This document shows positions 18,601-22,932 of a stretch of 32,000 nt of DNA, piece by piece (the first letter of the stretch is position 1; each line of letters opens with the position of its first letter). The translations under genes were made by a program, and so were the position numbers. The notes beneath the pieces were generated by a model that saw only the letters and a list, made by a program, of their open reading frames with translations, did no database searches and was not told the origin of the DNA. Source of the DNA: Candidatus Thorarchaeota archaeon (GTDB taxonomy: Archaea; Asgardarchaeota; Heimdallarchaeia; Hodarchaeales; Hodarchaeaceae); the NCBI GenBank assembly GCA_048882505.1, contig JBHLRO010000014.1, positions 30,001-62,000 on the forward strand, given 5' to 3'.

Positions 18601-21025
18601 TGGTGAAATCTACGATGAACTGGGGGTCATACAGAGAAAGTGTAATATTACTCGCATGCTCATCTTGGATGTCGTCTAGTTGGATCGGGATCATTAAATC
18701 TATGTTCTTGGAATGCGTGGCGTCTCGCTCCATCAATTCCCGAATTCCGACGTCTGAGGTTAGAAATAGACCGATTCCCCCTTCACCCCAACAATCGAAT
18801 CCGATAGCACCACAAATATCATCGTTGGTGGCTGTGTTGGTCTTAGTCTTCCTGAAGTCAAAACTGACTCGCCATTTCCCGGTGGTGGGGAGATTATCCC
18901 CCAAATCGTACATCACCCACCCGTTGTTATCAAGCCAGTGTCCATTCTGGGGTGTTCCTGGGCCATCCCACCAATTAGCGGGAGACCCCACCATTTGTAG
19001 ATCGGAAATGTCACTCGTCAATGCGGCACCTGTATTGATCTGGACACCATCCGTGGACCAATCATGATCAAAGGGTTCATCATCCAGCATTCCATAATCT
19101 TTGATCCCATTCCCGATATACCAACCTTGCAATGTTTCTCCGACCCCCACGGTGTTCACGATATCAGGGCGGGAGTTATTGAATGTAGCAGCAAAATAAT
19201 CATTACTATCACGATCCTCGTCAACCGAATATAGTAAATCTGACCAACTTTGGACGGGTCGTGCGTCGGGGATCTGCAGGGACGACCAAGGACCAAACAT
19301 TTTGGAAATCCATGTACTTAAACGCGCTGCCTGACTCTCAAGGAGTGATACTTCGACCCCCTTAAATTCGCTCAGGTCTTTGTCGAGATAAAACATCTGG
19401 ACTCGATTCCCTTCCTGATCCACCATCTCAACGGTACCAGTGGCAGGATCGCTTAGGATTTCATAATCATCTAAATAATCAGGGGGCTGGAGATCTTCTA
19501 GCGGCCGTTTCAGATGACCGAAATTCTTGCCCTGGTCTTGTGCAAATTCCATCAGCGCGGTTTCTCGTTTGGCCAGATCCTTCTCATAAGATGTCCCTGA
19601 TTGCCTTGAAGCATAATACTGTTGATTGAATTCATTGAGAAACCCTGCTAGAGAGAGGCCATGTTCGGGTGGGATGGTTGCTAATGGTGAGAGATAGGTC
19701 AAAAAGGATGATTGTGGTTGAGTCAGATCAAGTAACCATCGCTCTGTGACATCACTCTCCCTGACGAGTTCGTAAGTCGTATACGACGTCTCTAAAAGAG
19801 TATATTCGACATCATGCTCAAATCTATTATAATCGACGAGGAAGGTCCTGTTGAGGTGGGTAAGGAGTCGCCGATTAGTTTCAATGATTTCTATCTTCGA
19901 TGTACCAGGATATTCGGAATTCACAAGGAGGAGAGTCTGAATGACAGGTTGGACCGCTGAGTCAAAGACGTTTTGCGCATCACTCACCAGTCTATCCGCG
20001 TACTCTATCAAATTTTCCTTGGGATTTAGAATCTCGGTAGTTCTAGGAACAACATCAAATATGGGATGCCTATAACGGAATAAATCTCCCAGTCCAGGGA
20101 TTACCCCAAGGACGCGATTCATGGATCGAACGAATCGTTTATCCAACCAGGGCAAGTAGCGGTGAATAATGGATTCAAAGTCGCTATACCGATATTGAAG
20201 TGAATCCATCCGTTCTAAGGAAGGGTAATCAAAAATCGCAATAATTTCATCCGATTTCGGGGATAGAGTTCGACTAGATTCATCCGCTTGATACCTAATG
20301 CGATGTAAGCGTAATGCGCCGATAAGACTATCATAATCTACAAGATAGCGATAACCTCGCAATTCCCTATATTTATTCATAATTGTCAGGTAGAGTCCTG
20401 CATTTACGTCTACCAATGTGTTAACGCCACTTAATGTACTATTAAGTGGTGATTCGTGAATAATCGGAACATAGACGAGATCCGCGAGTTCGTCACCAAG
20501 GTTAGCGATTTGTATGCGGAGGAATCCCCCCTCCTCGTCGAATTTCAGTCTGGGCACAGCTATCGATACCTTTACGGGGTCTTCTGTATTACCTCGTGTG
20601 TCAGAATATTGATAACCACTAAGATGCCATTCCTCTACACTCGCGGCACGACTATGAACAGAAATTCCCACTTTTGTACCGAAATAATCATCTCCAGGGA
20701 TAAGATACGTTTCCAATTCCGTAATCGATGTATCGTTCAGAAATATTTCGTAACTGAGTGTTTGGGCAGGAAAGAGGACCTCTAATCCCTTCGCCTCAGT
20801 GGGGTGAGTGATGTACTCCGTTACAAGAACATCGGCCATAGTGCTAGGGGTGACTTTTTGTTCGAAGTAATTATTGAAGTATGCTACAAAATAATCGGGC
20901 TGATATACATCCTCAATATCATACAATTCGGCACGATAGCCGTTCATATACGCGGTTGCGAAAGCTCCCACCACAAAAAAGAGCGCAAGGGAGATGTAAT
21001 ATAGTTTAGACTTTTCCAACGTCAT
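1..21025 (-). CDS. Giant secreted/surface protein, >=7008 aa, 3'-partial (runs off left edge); LamG + TSP3-like repeats + ConA-like + H-type-lectin-like repeats; putative giant adhesin or toxin-like protein
   Basis: ATG at 21025, with an in-frame TAA a few codons upstream. Manual translation of every line from 21025 to 2 shows no stop (MTLEKSKLYYISLALFFVVGAFATAYMNGYRAELYD...RPLVFTQIQTKRDQAGALLL). No minus-strand ORF in the track uses this frame, consistent with a frame that never terminates in the window. The function call is inference. Confidence 0.97.
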   Translation of the reverse strand, partial: MTLEKSKLYYISLALFFVVGAFATAYMNGYRAELYDIEDVYQPDYFVAYFNNYFEQKVTPSTMADVLVTEYITHPTEAKGLEVLFPAQTLSYEIFLNDTSITELETYLIPGDDYFGTKVGISVHSRAASVEEWHLSGYQYSDTRGNTEDPVKVSIAVPRLKFDEEGGFLRIQIANLGDELADLVYVPIIHESPLNSTLSGVNTLVDVNAGLYLTIMNKYRELRGYRYLVDYDSLIGALRLHRIRYQADESSRTLSPKSDEIIAIFDYPSLERMDSLQYRYSDFESIIHRYLPWLDKRFVRSMNRVLGVIPGLGDLFRYRHPIFDVVPRTTEILNPKENLIEYADRLVSDAQNVFDSAVQPVIQTLLLVNSEYPGTSKIEIIETNRRLLTHLNRTFLVDYNRFEHDVEYTLLETSYTTYELVRESDVTERWLLDLTQPQSSFLTYLSPLATIPPEHGLSLAGFLNEFNQQYYASRQSGTSYEKDLAKRETALMEFAQDQGKNFGHLKRPLEDLQPPDYLDDYEILSDPATGTVEMVDQEGNRVQMFYLDKDLSEFKGVEVSLLESQAARLSTWISKMFGPWSSLQIPDARPVQSWSDLLYSVDEDRDSNDYFAATFNNSRPDIVNTVGVGETLQGWYIGNGIKDYGMLDDEPFDHDWSTDGVQINTGAALTSDISDLQMVGSPANWWDGPGTPQNGHWLDNNGWVMYDLGDNLPTTGKWRVSFDFRKTKTNTATNDDICGAIGFDCWGEGGIGLFLTSDVGIRELMERDATHSKNIDLMIPIQLDDIQDEHASNITLSLYDPQFIVDFTNYYSMYPDNTLIPGDGAQLRHWPGGSLWNALGGMDRYFHELTYTHSPLDYGSQPDYGVVRVQPWSWHHVDVFYDETTELVNVFLDGELVGSNIYIPILNSQSYPTLENVWFYNYGEQTTEISNFQISDRVAPIPIPLMSSVVDVGSHASIIGVSSPSIPVYSGDSLWPSSSIWADDSIPMKMGQSINLGKGPNDYVFWYDVNHDRVATSGEFGLPSLGYFGTGVPLSVKYTEGGQPYYTGLKTLQSQLADNLLEEFNYTGSGSVSYSVGAGDVIQGNSLADFPQAARQYSNIVEWSEFENLLLALFMTDYDFNTTDFEYPDSPSSPWQGEEYHEVAWAEAVQDIFDARSGGQINVESVDGWGQILLSLVSMVDMISVYKVSPVWSQSTDYPTFAKDTSSNSYCNPCSQFSGFIEHGYSVNLGGREESKWWSPGYAGTVSYMEKGKDGAAYQAISSFYGAEESTNVSYGGRKWYSYALDAGETSKYTLTSSMLAGTRYSSIPDPDISSNRLIIQGVRESTALVDPDYDTFSLHLVKGSSAMGPLQGKDIIIAIHWDDVGKSPTNLGLSTKQIFADPTELFVVLQDRNQDGIFEGYGDGPLGQVIAPKYQLGNVLNFVVTASQADRPGVELGWIMDTLQGLVGGFMDALPIVSDLFDTIQEVLSGGLYSIIQIGLEQLVQTLPSLMELLVSPNDLNEEYIVGADEKDVIDGTFRDDGRQRVDDSGTPNPTGRYYRQWGIPDNGLDDDYDQQAMGWLGILTRFVRNFDAMGSKVEVDQWNKETSGLAVFADALLQSYNDISVSDLTFGDTFFMSDTSSESSARDRSSYQHFLQLITGLANSPVTESRLLAKNLLLALDNAVGAKFENFPSIPQLQVEFLEQVVNDVVNLLEDSNTPSDTGNAIDYDAFMSIVQNIMRKQGSNSGISATDLAELGNILNIITRASQENPIRTKENPFGLKSSAARIANLDESIKQMFTQIIETSQIRLRPKDPNNPSSPLTWDLIIPVDAIKDMDESLYGLFGETTPVIQDEEVIISAQGSQFVSESETHPLADAVSSVINGAIAGGLADTLGTQHPDGVVTMRMRDAFLETRVIYEVNGQIVWDESIWLQGMLLNQLFDQSLSNQEVDPDINSIQDEITIFAVKSPLDTILQAAGIKTWFIDRMDFLTYLVSIGGFTDRDGNIIDIDFDRDLEERVIHKSIRASTIGSEFLNSDSALLQRFLSLPLVLPTSGHYGYLVSLGVPIVLTEYQNFAGGLIKSLMDQILVSQNSGTRGVVSHRLRRIVFADGTVQWMNQREFKESIQSGMITFPDTPDQDIPLGSKVLAIADDQTSLGEDERIQRTFVLYDNSALIRLDEFAQFELAQIQDYLFNFAFSSDLTGDFAAQNEYVVLLDNGQPGPEREYVTIFEPLFSTDDETKPYENFYHFLLLHLNHNDLIGTEQQRIKWFRDFMYHQQAVPPRPSDCGACSSDLLLFSQWFWEIRDLWTQRVDLTPTAGSVRYIPPLQRITPEGVLRDVLPDIHEHYEIRKPFPIDLQSDGSDDQYNWMTEEDYKQSQVPRPQDSDWQDSPMLALVDSIIGDEGTIYSPIKTEGLMHNWMAWSFTPHYGSEGALLLGKFSLATTDGMFWDSTTAEWVEDKSGSIRDGLAQGIPFFTSRYTRTNHVGLSWIDTRRDIKLYCKPLDLFIDYSMAKKLGMASEFLQVDAEFFSWSVRIQSSNPESFFIVRGLARSPDTMDVLEKVMNDPNYGYSPNEDMETDAGRQLKKERLVKLGRIFRNTDHLDNILTPMETTHQNSLPGESLNDKITGSAAQKGDLQIEGNTAAQEYSFFQLASIFKTLLLKIEDFQIPHDLYLYDPISVGLIKIPKNTLLLEVFEKWNLLYQGYRVFKFREDTDDPSLLEFDGQFITQSDFDTNYASLTIRQFSDLSEAKFDYLELFTQAADDTISLQEISDNPRLVEISFQLLEVYRGLTSDITYEYPTDQGSPLQGLTLSRTLYEMRDIGNGDYRHISQVTEVSDPAYDGRSQRDRWLTGTPLVFLTSAAFFNAKSQVAREVLTHPETGELIAEMSEGIIDSSDTTYAAVSVPKQMAGSGSTRDNQFSWQLLSLKSYHQRMRGIKNPKTGSAIDQEWQNTFMYKYVQHDGKVFCVTYAEALNLHQQDPTFPDPTGSKWNDKVIFSVFRPGSTKAWWEDDQTTRALEDPDPQNPNNHPVLTMKQIYGTHEPQFDLAFQSAIDNGFVVRHPSGRASRFQFVREISADIGISGTRVVARDLDVSPGPNGWQNPSPIAAQDANYNYQRDGNQEEGSNTRRPAWWDIRTGQISFTQPTSSWGSIPFAWIPGLHRIVTAVLTSDGTYAWLEPGEDPAGRTTIQIPITGWVKDGRVTSQDATLGSMGGSEIYSLRKFFLYKGLMDWVSQEEFFRLAVQYFYSDANIITPQIQSFIEFEDSSKLNPKSLANQPQAVQDYFKTFFDTKLLDEGPTKEVLSTLGLYRFGNELESYKLANGPLTQVNSDGDREFTPEFLADRSGRASPYGENTNVLRIDPFTQQIIEVAPNYVYRQIHDPILGYLWEGTPRDELLTLNSAQTVRTWEKTFEEKTRHLSIPYLGGENQIDEAIQNVQYPVLQKTGKTIWKHVVGIKTSAGGRIVQYVGTKTNAILQRFKKLVTEGWLMKTPKRPFRDGTRAIYQRSTHEKQNLLRTTSASKQLRRTRTINQFLSYLQSNFGGTVKYKFTRKINQRLHFTLRDGKVMLNFRRLDPSGETITIPYGEFARSLLNLDDTRTATIEAELQRQFTPDESGRYTTQSLVIELIEDLAKGTFRTRILREDPETSLGATLEGQLSGSDLEFSTKTGVTLVISNIKQMMSKLFASDDYSGVDGNLVQTANQIMVTETIDSEYITHEFAKLEPVRVKDARGDEHIVILIITKEYDKDALPGDSHFLDWDYSEVNKLVYQLRKNNISRKKEDLLTEPELQELLTKYPNIGANFFVFADNDLDNDLPLRSPARDFVSKILTFLSILENHPDASAVGHSFRMITENYGVYEGEPVIQSESEMSGQPVAGSNVPNRPSKVSSFGRNIIQSVVSLVKNSLIGRRAMEQQNIVDGEDLEGTPIDKTGIRIEPSRFDVWYRTGNKRFLPGRIDQNGKYERDISITNQIRDQDNRIIGYREGIVAHLHTPPQGDTDDPTSRLPTVEQIVQQIHQDQGGTDILHVTLPINWAPFSPLRNIYPNVRYPPQNLVSGIPTPDDNYDQFLSDFLLEGQMSIRDATRNAHDRGLTISTPSTAVIASFASVPILPYFLTTDPPHIISVDGKDYLFTADPGSYDTFQRALAARKALLIDFAGIQISDQNQRELKQALLILTTLVANPHIGYDGITDPLLGLGKDDAHGVYLYDRRFTDVPDTIGEYNLQLGQGNLQLVDAVRLVEYYYKNQAGEWVRHVGYFSWTSIDRLIDSGEILIGPLDNNDPNNLSASDQDKNVIYQRWKARAGEKIKPSDARTKLNVIRAGLTDTEREELDKRLWVGKYGIFEVQNPSNVKFFIERTTPTSSIQDTKRFLGIISLELSFQEQNMGALLATNDLATRGPLGMTVGDLQSLVVGRNAIHQMRELGASYLPEPSSNTPRRDLDDIQATLRNTESFRSKIMSLIGRVNSPNAWSSIRSMYNGVAKLTSRLYQKLNLNMISLYLNRKRRANDYQNSVLDILVDLATKIEGSDLLLRSPNLELTIRTTDDGGAQILDTISRLSFPDAQEALVRHYFEIIDRAVENSPFYDSSVPISQHYVVGNPSTSVGTVDHQGYAPFDPNDIGALVEFVDAQQQVLGTGRLISYVGTQIQIRRLGGKIPISSTEIRILGQPRGLVTIDKAWGSGNEETRRNQAGVILIPDNTIFDKIFQDDLAVIYWDNYPKVSVSTLKANIAFSVDSASNIDELSTIAGTLVNTFYLPGMGLRTVADHYQQYSSRRQHVGTISVSRDVLDDKVDAMLTKLLFEYPSQVWQDDPSGHQQLDLSQIFVDIPIEGAIYFTTFLRQAILGDVINLVNQLEQRDIFSGIDPTDILQQHFGDRYLEADSYEQGISISDILNRILRTNNVPTEIDLDVQLVETDTAYRTILVLGDNLGALVIKSLERPTCETSAGSCRLNAPFTRDYEIVPMTDAFFQKQRADFEVEQQVMDHLGIDDYEVYLWEMMFSTEAERNQIMEETILAELKSEMHLGAFLDENNGFVGNLMAYYDITYDEFLRFTDDSKKELIANYLSRDKYFLNEWTQTHRVLGRERSQGLKMHVPWDQNILDEVVGTKIINTIQAQGGSRVGRSVSKVFFGDQAQLSTKEAFIQSTFAALGGILGTIFGYYMVESIADLWSDMMGSDFWEEVWNGSLAWALAMIGFLTDIEKMPGMNLLMNVFDNRLGSTAAVKGKTYQKKMTGPLSEAIEEMITGVFTGIYVKSYKLDYQYFQTIPWVDDGDDIVENSWNLFELNELGKTYLLPVNVKTLSNVSSFEPTDIYSTGNISDASYGLFYATRNFEFELYVDTTPGNGHNRSEDILVNNTNFYQFDFNSDGQINHLDEFGVDYGDRRTTKRIDPALDFYYYYHINTGSDIPEENRSDVYYQKHHTLWDPANGWFTEQNNSGVLPDVAAYQQGLLSGPVKKWFLVEDTNFDNIIELGIWEDSRTFFDNNYMDDGEEAFYHRGRDPDLFLDVDFDGRPDWQTTMSREEYNASLYAATGKTISSNYGAPLPKIFREEENRGANLPTVNPESVLEYTAETIMDYLIPQEGQEVQPWGFQEDLLRGLGTYANQFGAEVQGLAGVLNFILVNNPGTWLISSGVYVVQQLFDTIVNDLKLITREELTNMIVAVVHLTAQSFLFVSSGGIRGVLFSGLTGVLFNIGFEKIFASFGGYWDGDMDGDLIPDHIDKDDKNPGMYSIDDALTDLQNAIFGGPMQPGQPMFPNGSALAALYFANSSDYIKAQSTVAGQTVINVNVNLHTHPSDFIDIPWYAESLYPDNTGNVGGTPDGIPEVRVNDTVFGVNFVSMQDVDGDGIQNEIELQYIMENERFLQNYGAACTPGGDDFDCHPTFDFPDDGLFDTELELWGVLAMIVPDFDGDGLKDGLEAIYGSDMTLPDSDFDGMSDREEFELDFPSYSFDITNGDGDFDGLNDTDEVIFGDSFWHYNSSSLLTDGPWDTISDPANWNVTEDGVPLLNSHHTLFPNYGYSYVNDTTWADYYKSMEPSDSSYINATTPVANSSFTVMFDKQGTWYGDAMATNLGKFSQIVGHSMGFEEYGLEVEDNDTEDGVDPTFSIEGQIWDPKARITMREYIDNGTYAALNWVFLPEFMNRSWDAVGTPGNLCGDPDLGPLQPTCDDINDPSIIENTTLQVTWTVEKWNLKATDTRYLDEFNHTLDVYIDGVLYPLPTTNGTYHEVSIINLTTYNSWQNIYGMNVTVKAPVDRTEWDIIRVESIKLEFDRTYPDPAIYMSNKYLVAQNSGSRETLTTAFTADDDRWIYSEMIYLVNTTSDMAGPNARAGLTFDTHAFMLDIETNTVYVEKDGLPNTSVTDLPINLTYNTWYDMTLFKMKDNIIPGYENLVILSLDGHLVANLSLNTAPSTIGMITEGVTTYYDIVVMYETHPGIYDTDGDLIGDFDEKYKYLTDPLNPDTDFDQLPDGYEIGVFYDEWDTNSTSGIAYGWHNGTHPTFGVPANKSTCPTCWRTASPFVPDSDEDGLTDYEEYFAFVDKNNDTLINIEEYYGSFFGDRDVIVDWDENGPVWGTVLDVISYSSTNPLKKDSDSDGLWDVEEVMGLPKALLNQQYPNRTIDKADVMVKTSIDAAAVVYGPQTEFDPTDPNNPDTDRDGIWDIYELHFGLDPKDRYDVKVIGSQSSNESDIWLYWKYADWDGDGLTVRDEFDHTYDYYDTDMDGEKDDYRSQTPEYYASDIDADGDIDVLLDPLSIIDFDKDGVTDYEEITGYIRFGHDTNFDGKPEFSINGVFTPSSDEIFGAAGAVDMVPYDTWLRVIFPYTLAYIPVILASIKKKSAADKDSQGEYVAITNVTAASFEMKIEGINASAPAFDELVEWVAFKPGNYSVAGLDIEVGSYTHNGTGAYDHAFNTNFVSQPVVVAQLQTRNSTSPSWVRFNDVSRSAMQGVFIEEDNHVTHNRVETIGYVAVASTGAFNAASFTMGHTNRIDGVWMYQDWVEVHFDRSRARPLVFTQIQTKRDQAGALLL
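730..1790 (-). other. TSP3-like (bacterial-type) Ca2+-binding repeat cluster 2
   Basis: DTDGDLIGDFDE, TDPLNPDTDFDQLPDGYE, PDSDEDGLTDYEE, TNPLKKDSDSDGLWDVEE, DPNNPDTDRDGIWDIYE..FGLDP, DWDGDGLT, DTDMDGEKD, DIDADGD, DFDKDGVTDYEE, DTNFDGKPE. Confidence 0.88.
1790..2170 (-). other. ConA-like/LamG-type beta-sandwich (second copy) in giant protein
   Basis: ARAGLTFDTHAFMLDIETNTVYVEKDG...LTYNTWYDMTLFKMKDN...NLVILSLDGHLV...STIGMITEGVTTYYDIVV. Shows the W-x-x-(M/L) ... LDG-x-L-V pattern of ConA-like folds. Confidence 0.6.
3170..3962 (-). other. TSP3-like Ca2+-binding repeat cluster 1
   Basis: DGDMDGDLIPDHID, DVDGDGIQNEIE, PDFDGDGLKDGLEAIYGSDMTLPDSDFDGMSDREE, DGDFDGLNDTDE. Confidence 0.85.
18210..18970 (-). 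other. LamG/concanavalin-A-like domain in giant protein
   Basis: WLDNNGWVMYDL...GKWRVSFDFRK...GAIGF...QPWSWHHVDVFYDETTELVNVFLDGELVG...NVWFYNY...EISNFQISD. Contains the WHHV...vFLDG hallmark. Confidence 0.72.
20951..21025 (-). other. Sec signal peptide / N-terminal membrane anchor of giant protein
   Basis: MTLEKSK (basic n-region), LYYISLALFFVVGAF (h-region), ATA (A-x-A cleavage motif). Confidence 0.8.
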
Positions 21026-21087
21026 GCGACAGTCCAATCCTTAAACGAAATCTACGGTATAGCGAGAAGTATTCCTTTCTCATCGGA

Positions 21088-21095
21088 TATTTATA
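21088..21095 (-). promoter_or_regulatory. Archaeal TATA box of giant gene (TATAAATA)
   Basis: Plus strand tatttata equals TATAAATA on the minus strand, starting 70 nt upstream of ATG 21025. Confidence 0.7.
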
Positions 21096-21099
21096 GCCC

Positions 21100-21122
21100 T
21101 ATGATCTGAAAATTGGATCATA
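21100..21122. promoter_or_regulatory. Palindromic operator copy 1: TATGATC-N9-GATCATA
   Basis: Perfect 7-bp arms, 4 bp from the TATA box; near-identical copy at 22837-22859. Confidence 0.75.
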
Positions 21123-21290
21123 CTCCCTCTTAAGCTATTTTCCCATGAAAATACACCGTTAGAATAAACATAATCCCAGGCAAAATATATCGAGACCAAT
21201 GTGAAAATACTATGAAAGAAAACGGATTTGAATGGAGATCAGATAGCTGAATTCTTTTAAGGGAAGATAAGTGAACTTGGATTGAACTCT

Positions 21291-22808
21291 ATGCTTTTTG
21301 GGACACGGGCGCCTTTTACCCTAATGGTCGTATCCCTTATTTTATTCATTTCAGTCCCTTCAAGCTTGTGCTCTTCCCTAATACAATCTTATTCAAAACC
21401 CGTAAGCGGGGTACCTAATGATTTAATAAGCAGACACTCAACAGTACAGATTAATACTCACGGTTCAACTGACATCAGCTTGTCATCGAAACAGGGTCTA
21501 CATCAATATCAATTAGGGGACACCGAAGTTTTCAGCATAGATACAAAAACTAATTTCTCTGCCACCTGTAGTCTAATCGGACAAGATGTCTATATCTTCC
21601 AAGACCAGCGTATTTCTGTGTCTTTGAGCATAGAGGAGATATCTAACACAATTACGGCTAATATTACCCCCTTATTGAATTCATATTTCGGGCCTATCCC
21701 CGATTTTGATTACAATGGGAGGTTTATCCTGGTTCTAACGGACCTCCCATCGGGGCTTATCGCATTTTTCGACCCCGTGGATCTAACGTGGTCTGGATTC
21801 CAAGGAGAAATCATTTATGTTGATGCGTACGAATTTAGTTATGAGGCCCTAGTCCACGAGCTCCAACATCTCCTGCACTTCGTTGCTGACTCTTTTGAAG
21901 AAATATGGCTCAATGAAGGGTTTTCGGTCTATGCAGAGTATCTCTATCGCAAGGATCTTTCCTCCTCGGAATTGTTAGAAAAGATACAATATCCACAGGG
22001 AACTTCCTTAATCTATTGGGATAATTCACCCAATCGAGTCACCAGTTATGACTGCGTGAGGGGATTCATGTATTATTTGATGGAAAAATTCGGACATACG
22101 ATTCTTAGACAGATCTATTATGCTGAAAAAGCTGGAGTTCCATTGCATGGATTAGAATCAATCTTGTACACTTTACAAGAAAATAGTCTTCATTACTCCG
22201 CAAGCGAGCTATTTCAGGAATGGCAAATTGCGATGCATCTGGGTAATTCATCGAATGCATTGAACCGAACCTGGTTATTCGATAATTTCACCGTAGTTCC
22301 ATCCCTCTATGTCTTTCCCTCTGATAATTTCTGGGGGAACGATTATCCGTATCAAGAGCATCATTCTATTTTGCCAATGGCCTCTATATCGTTTTATTTC
22401 CATGATTTCCCTGATGGGAACCAAATTAATGTTATTCTTACTTCCTCCAAAATCGATGAAAAGCTGAGTCTCAATTTAAGTTCGACCTTGATCAAAGTGT
22501 ACAATAATAATGAATATATTATTGAGGATTATTATCTTGATCAAAAGGGGGTATTAAGTATAAACTTAAATCAGACCCAGGATAAATTCTTGGGATTCTA
22601 CTTAGTGGTCTATCTTTCAGGATTATTGGAGGGAGGTTATCTTAATGACATCCCTGAGATTGCTAAAGGGATTAATTTCGAATTACGGATTGAAGCGGGA
22701 CAACGGGATCGTATATTTTTACCTATCATGCTACTTGCATTATTGGGAGTTGTTGTTATGGGATTTCTGGCGGTTAAAGGTACCAAGAGGCTGATGAGGG
22801 TAGAATAA
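21291..22808 (+). CDS. Membrane-anchored secreted zinc metallopeptidase (gluzincin, M30/hyicolysin-like)
   Basis: Signal peptide, LVHELQHLLH (21855-21869) followed by EEIWLNEGFSVYAEY, and C-terminal TM (IFLPIMLLALLGVVVMGFLAV) plus KGTKR. The track starts at TTG 21282; I prefer the in-frame ATG at 21291. Confidence 0.85.
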   Translation: MLFGTRAPFTLMVVSLILFISVPSSLCSSLIQSYSKPVSGVPNDLISRHSTVQINTHGSTDISLSSKQGLHQYQLGDTEVFSIDTKTNFSATCSLIGQDVYIFQDQRISVSLSIEEISNTITANITPLLNSYFGPIPDFDYNGRFILVLTDLPSGLIAFFDPVDLTWSGFQGEIIYVDAYEFSYEALVHELQHLLHFVADSFEEIWLNEGFSVYAEYLYRKDLSSSELLEKIQYPQGTSLIYWDNSPNRVTSYDCVRGFMYYLMEKFGHTILRQIYYAEKAGVPLHGLESILYTLQENSLHYSASELFQEWQIAMHLGNSSNALNRTWLFDNFTVVPSLYVFPSDNFWGNDYPYQEHHSILPMASISFYFHDFPDGNQINVILTSSKIDEKLSLNLSSTLIKVYNNNEYIIEDYYLDQKGVLSINLNQTQDKFLGFYLVVYLSGLLEGGYLNDIPEIAKGINFELRIEAGQRDRIFLPIMLLALLGVVVMGFLAVKGTKRLMRVE

Positions 22809-22836
22809 AAGATATTTTTGTGAACATCAGTAGCAA

Positions 22837-22859
22837 TATGATCCAATTTTTCGATCATT
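22837..22859. promoter_or_regulatory. Operator copy 2: TATGATC-CAATTTTTC-GATCATT
   Basis: 20/23 identical to the reverse complement of 21100-21122; lies in the intergenic gap upstream of the wHTH gene. Confidence 0.72.
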
Positions 22860-22863
22860 CGGT

Positions 22864-22871
22864 TTTTTATG
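22864..22871 (+). promoter_or_regulatory. TATA-like element (TTTTTATG) of the wHTH operon
   Basis: Exactly 4 nt downstream of operator 2 and 69 nt upstream of ATG 22933, mirroring the giant-gene promoter. The sequence is degenerate. Confidence 0.45.
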
Positions 22872-22932
22872 GTTTTTTTCTTGTGTCTTCGGAAAGAGAC
22901 GAATTCCCAGAGGGACACAATTGAGTGGTTCA

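Noticed and set aside
20427-20449. Perfect 9-bp inverted repeat CCACTTAAT-N5-ATTAAGTGG
   Set aside because: Inside the giant CDS and single-copy; about one such repeat is expected by chance in 32 kb.
52-21004. About 50 short ORFs (60-155 aa) in the supplied track, e.g. 755-1033+, 11587-11958-, 18600-19067+, 20456-20785+
   Set aside because: All overlap the giant minus-strand CDS, antisense or in another frame. They have no motifs, and their composition mirrors the giant gene's codons.
22861-22880. Oligo-T tracts as the terminator of the peptidase gene
   Set aside because: Possible, but the first tract sits at exactly the TATA position of the shared promoter architecture. The two roles cannot be separated without transcript-end data.
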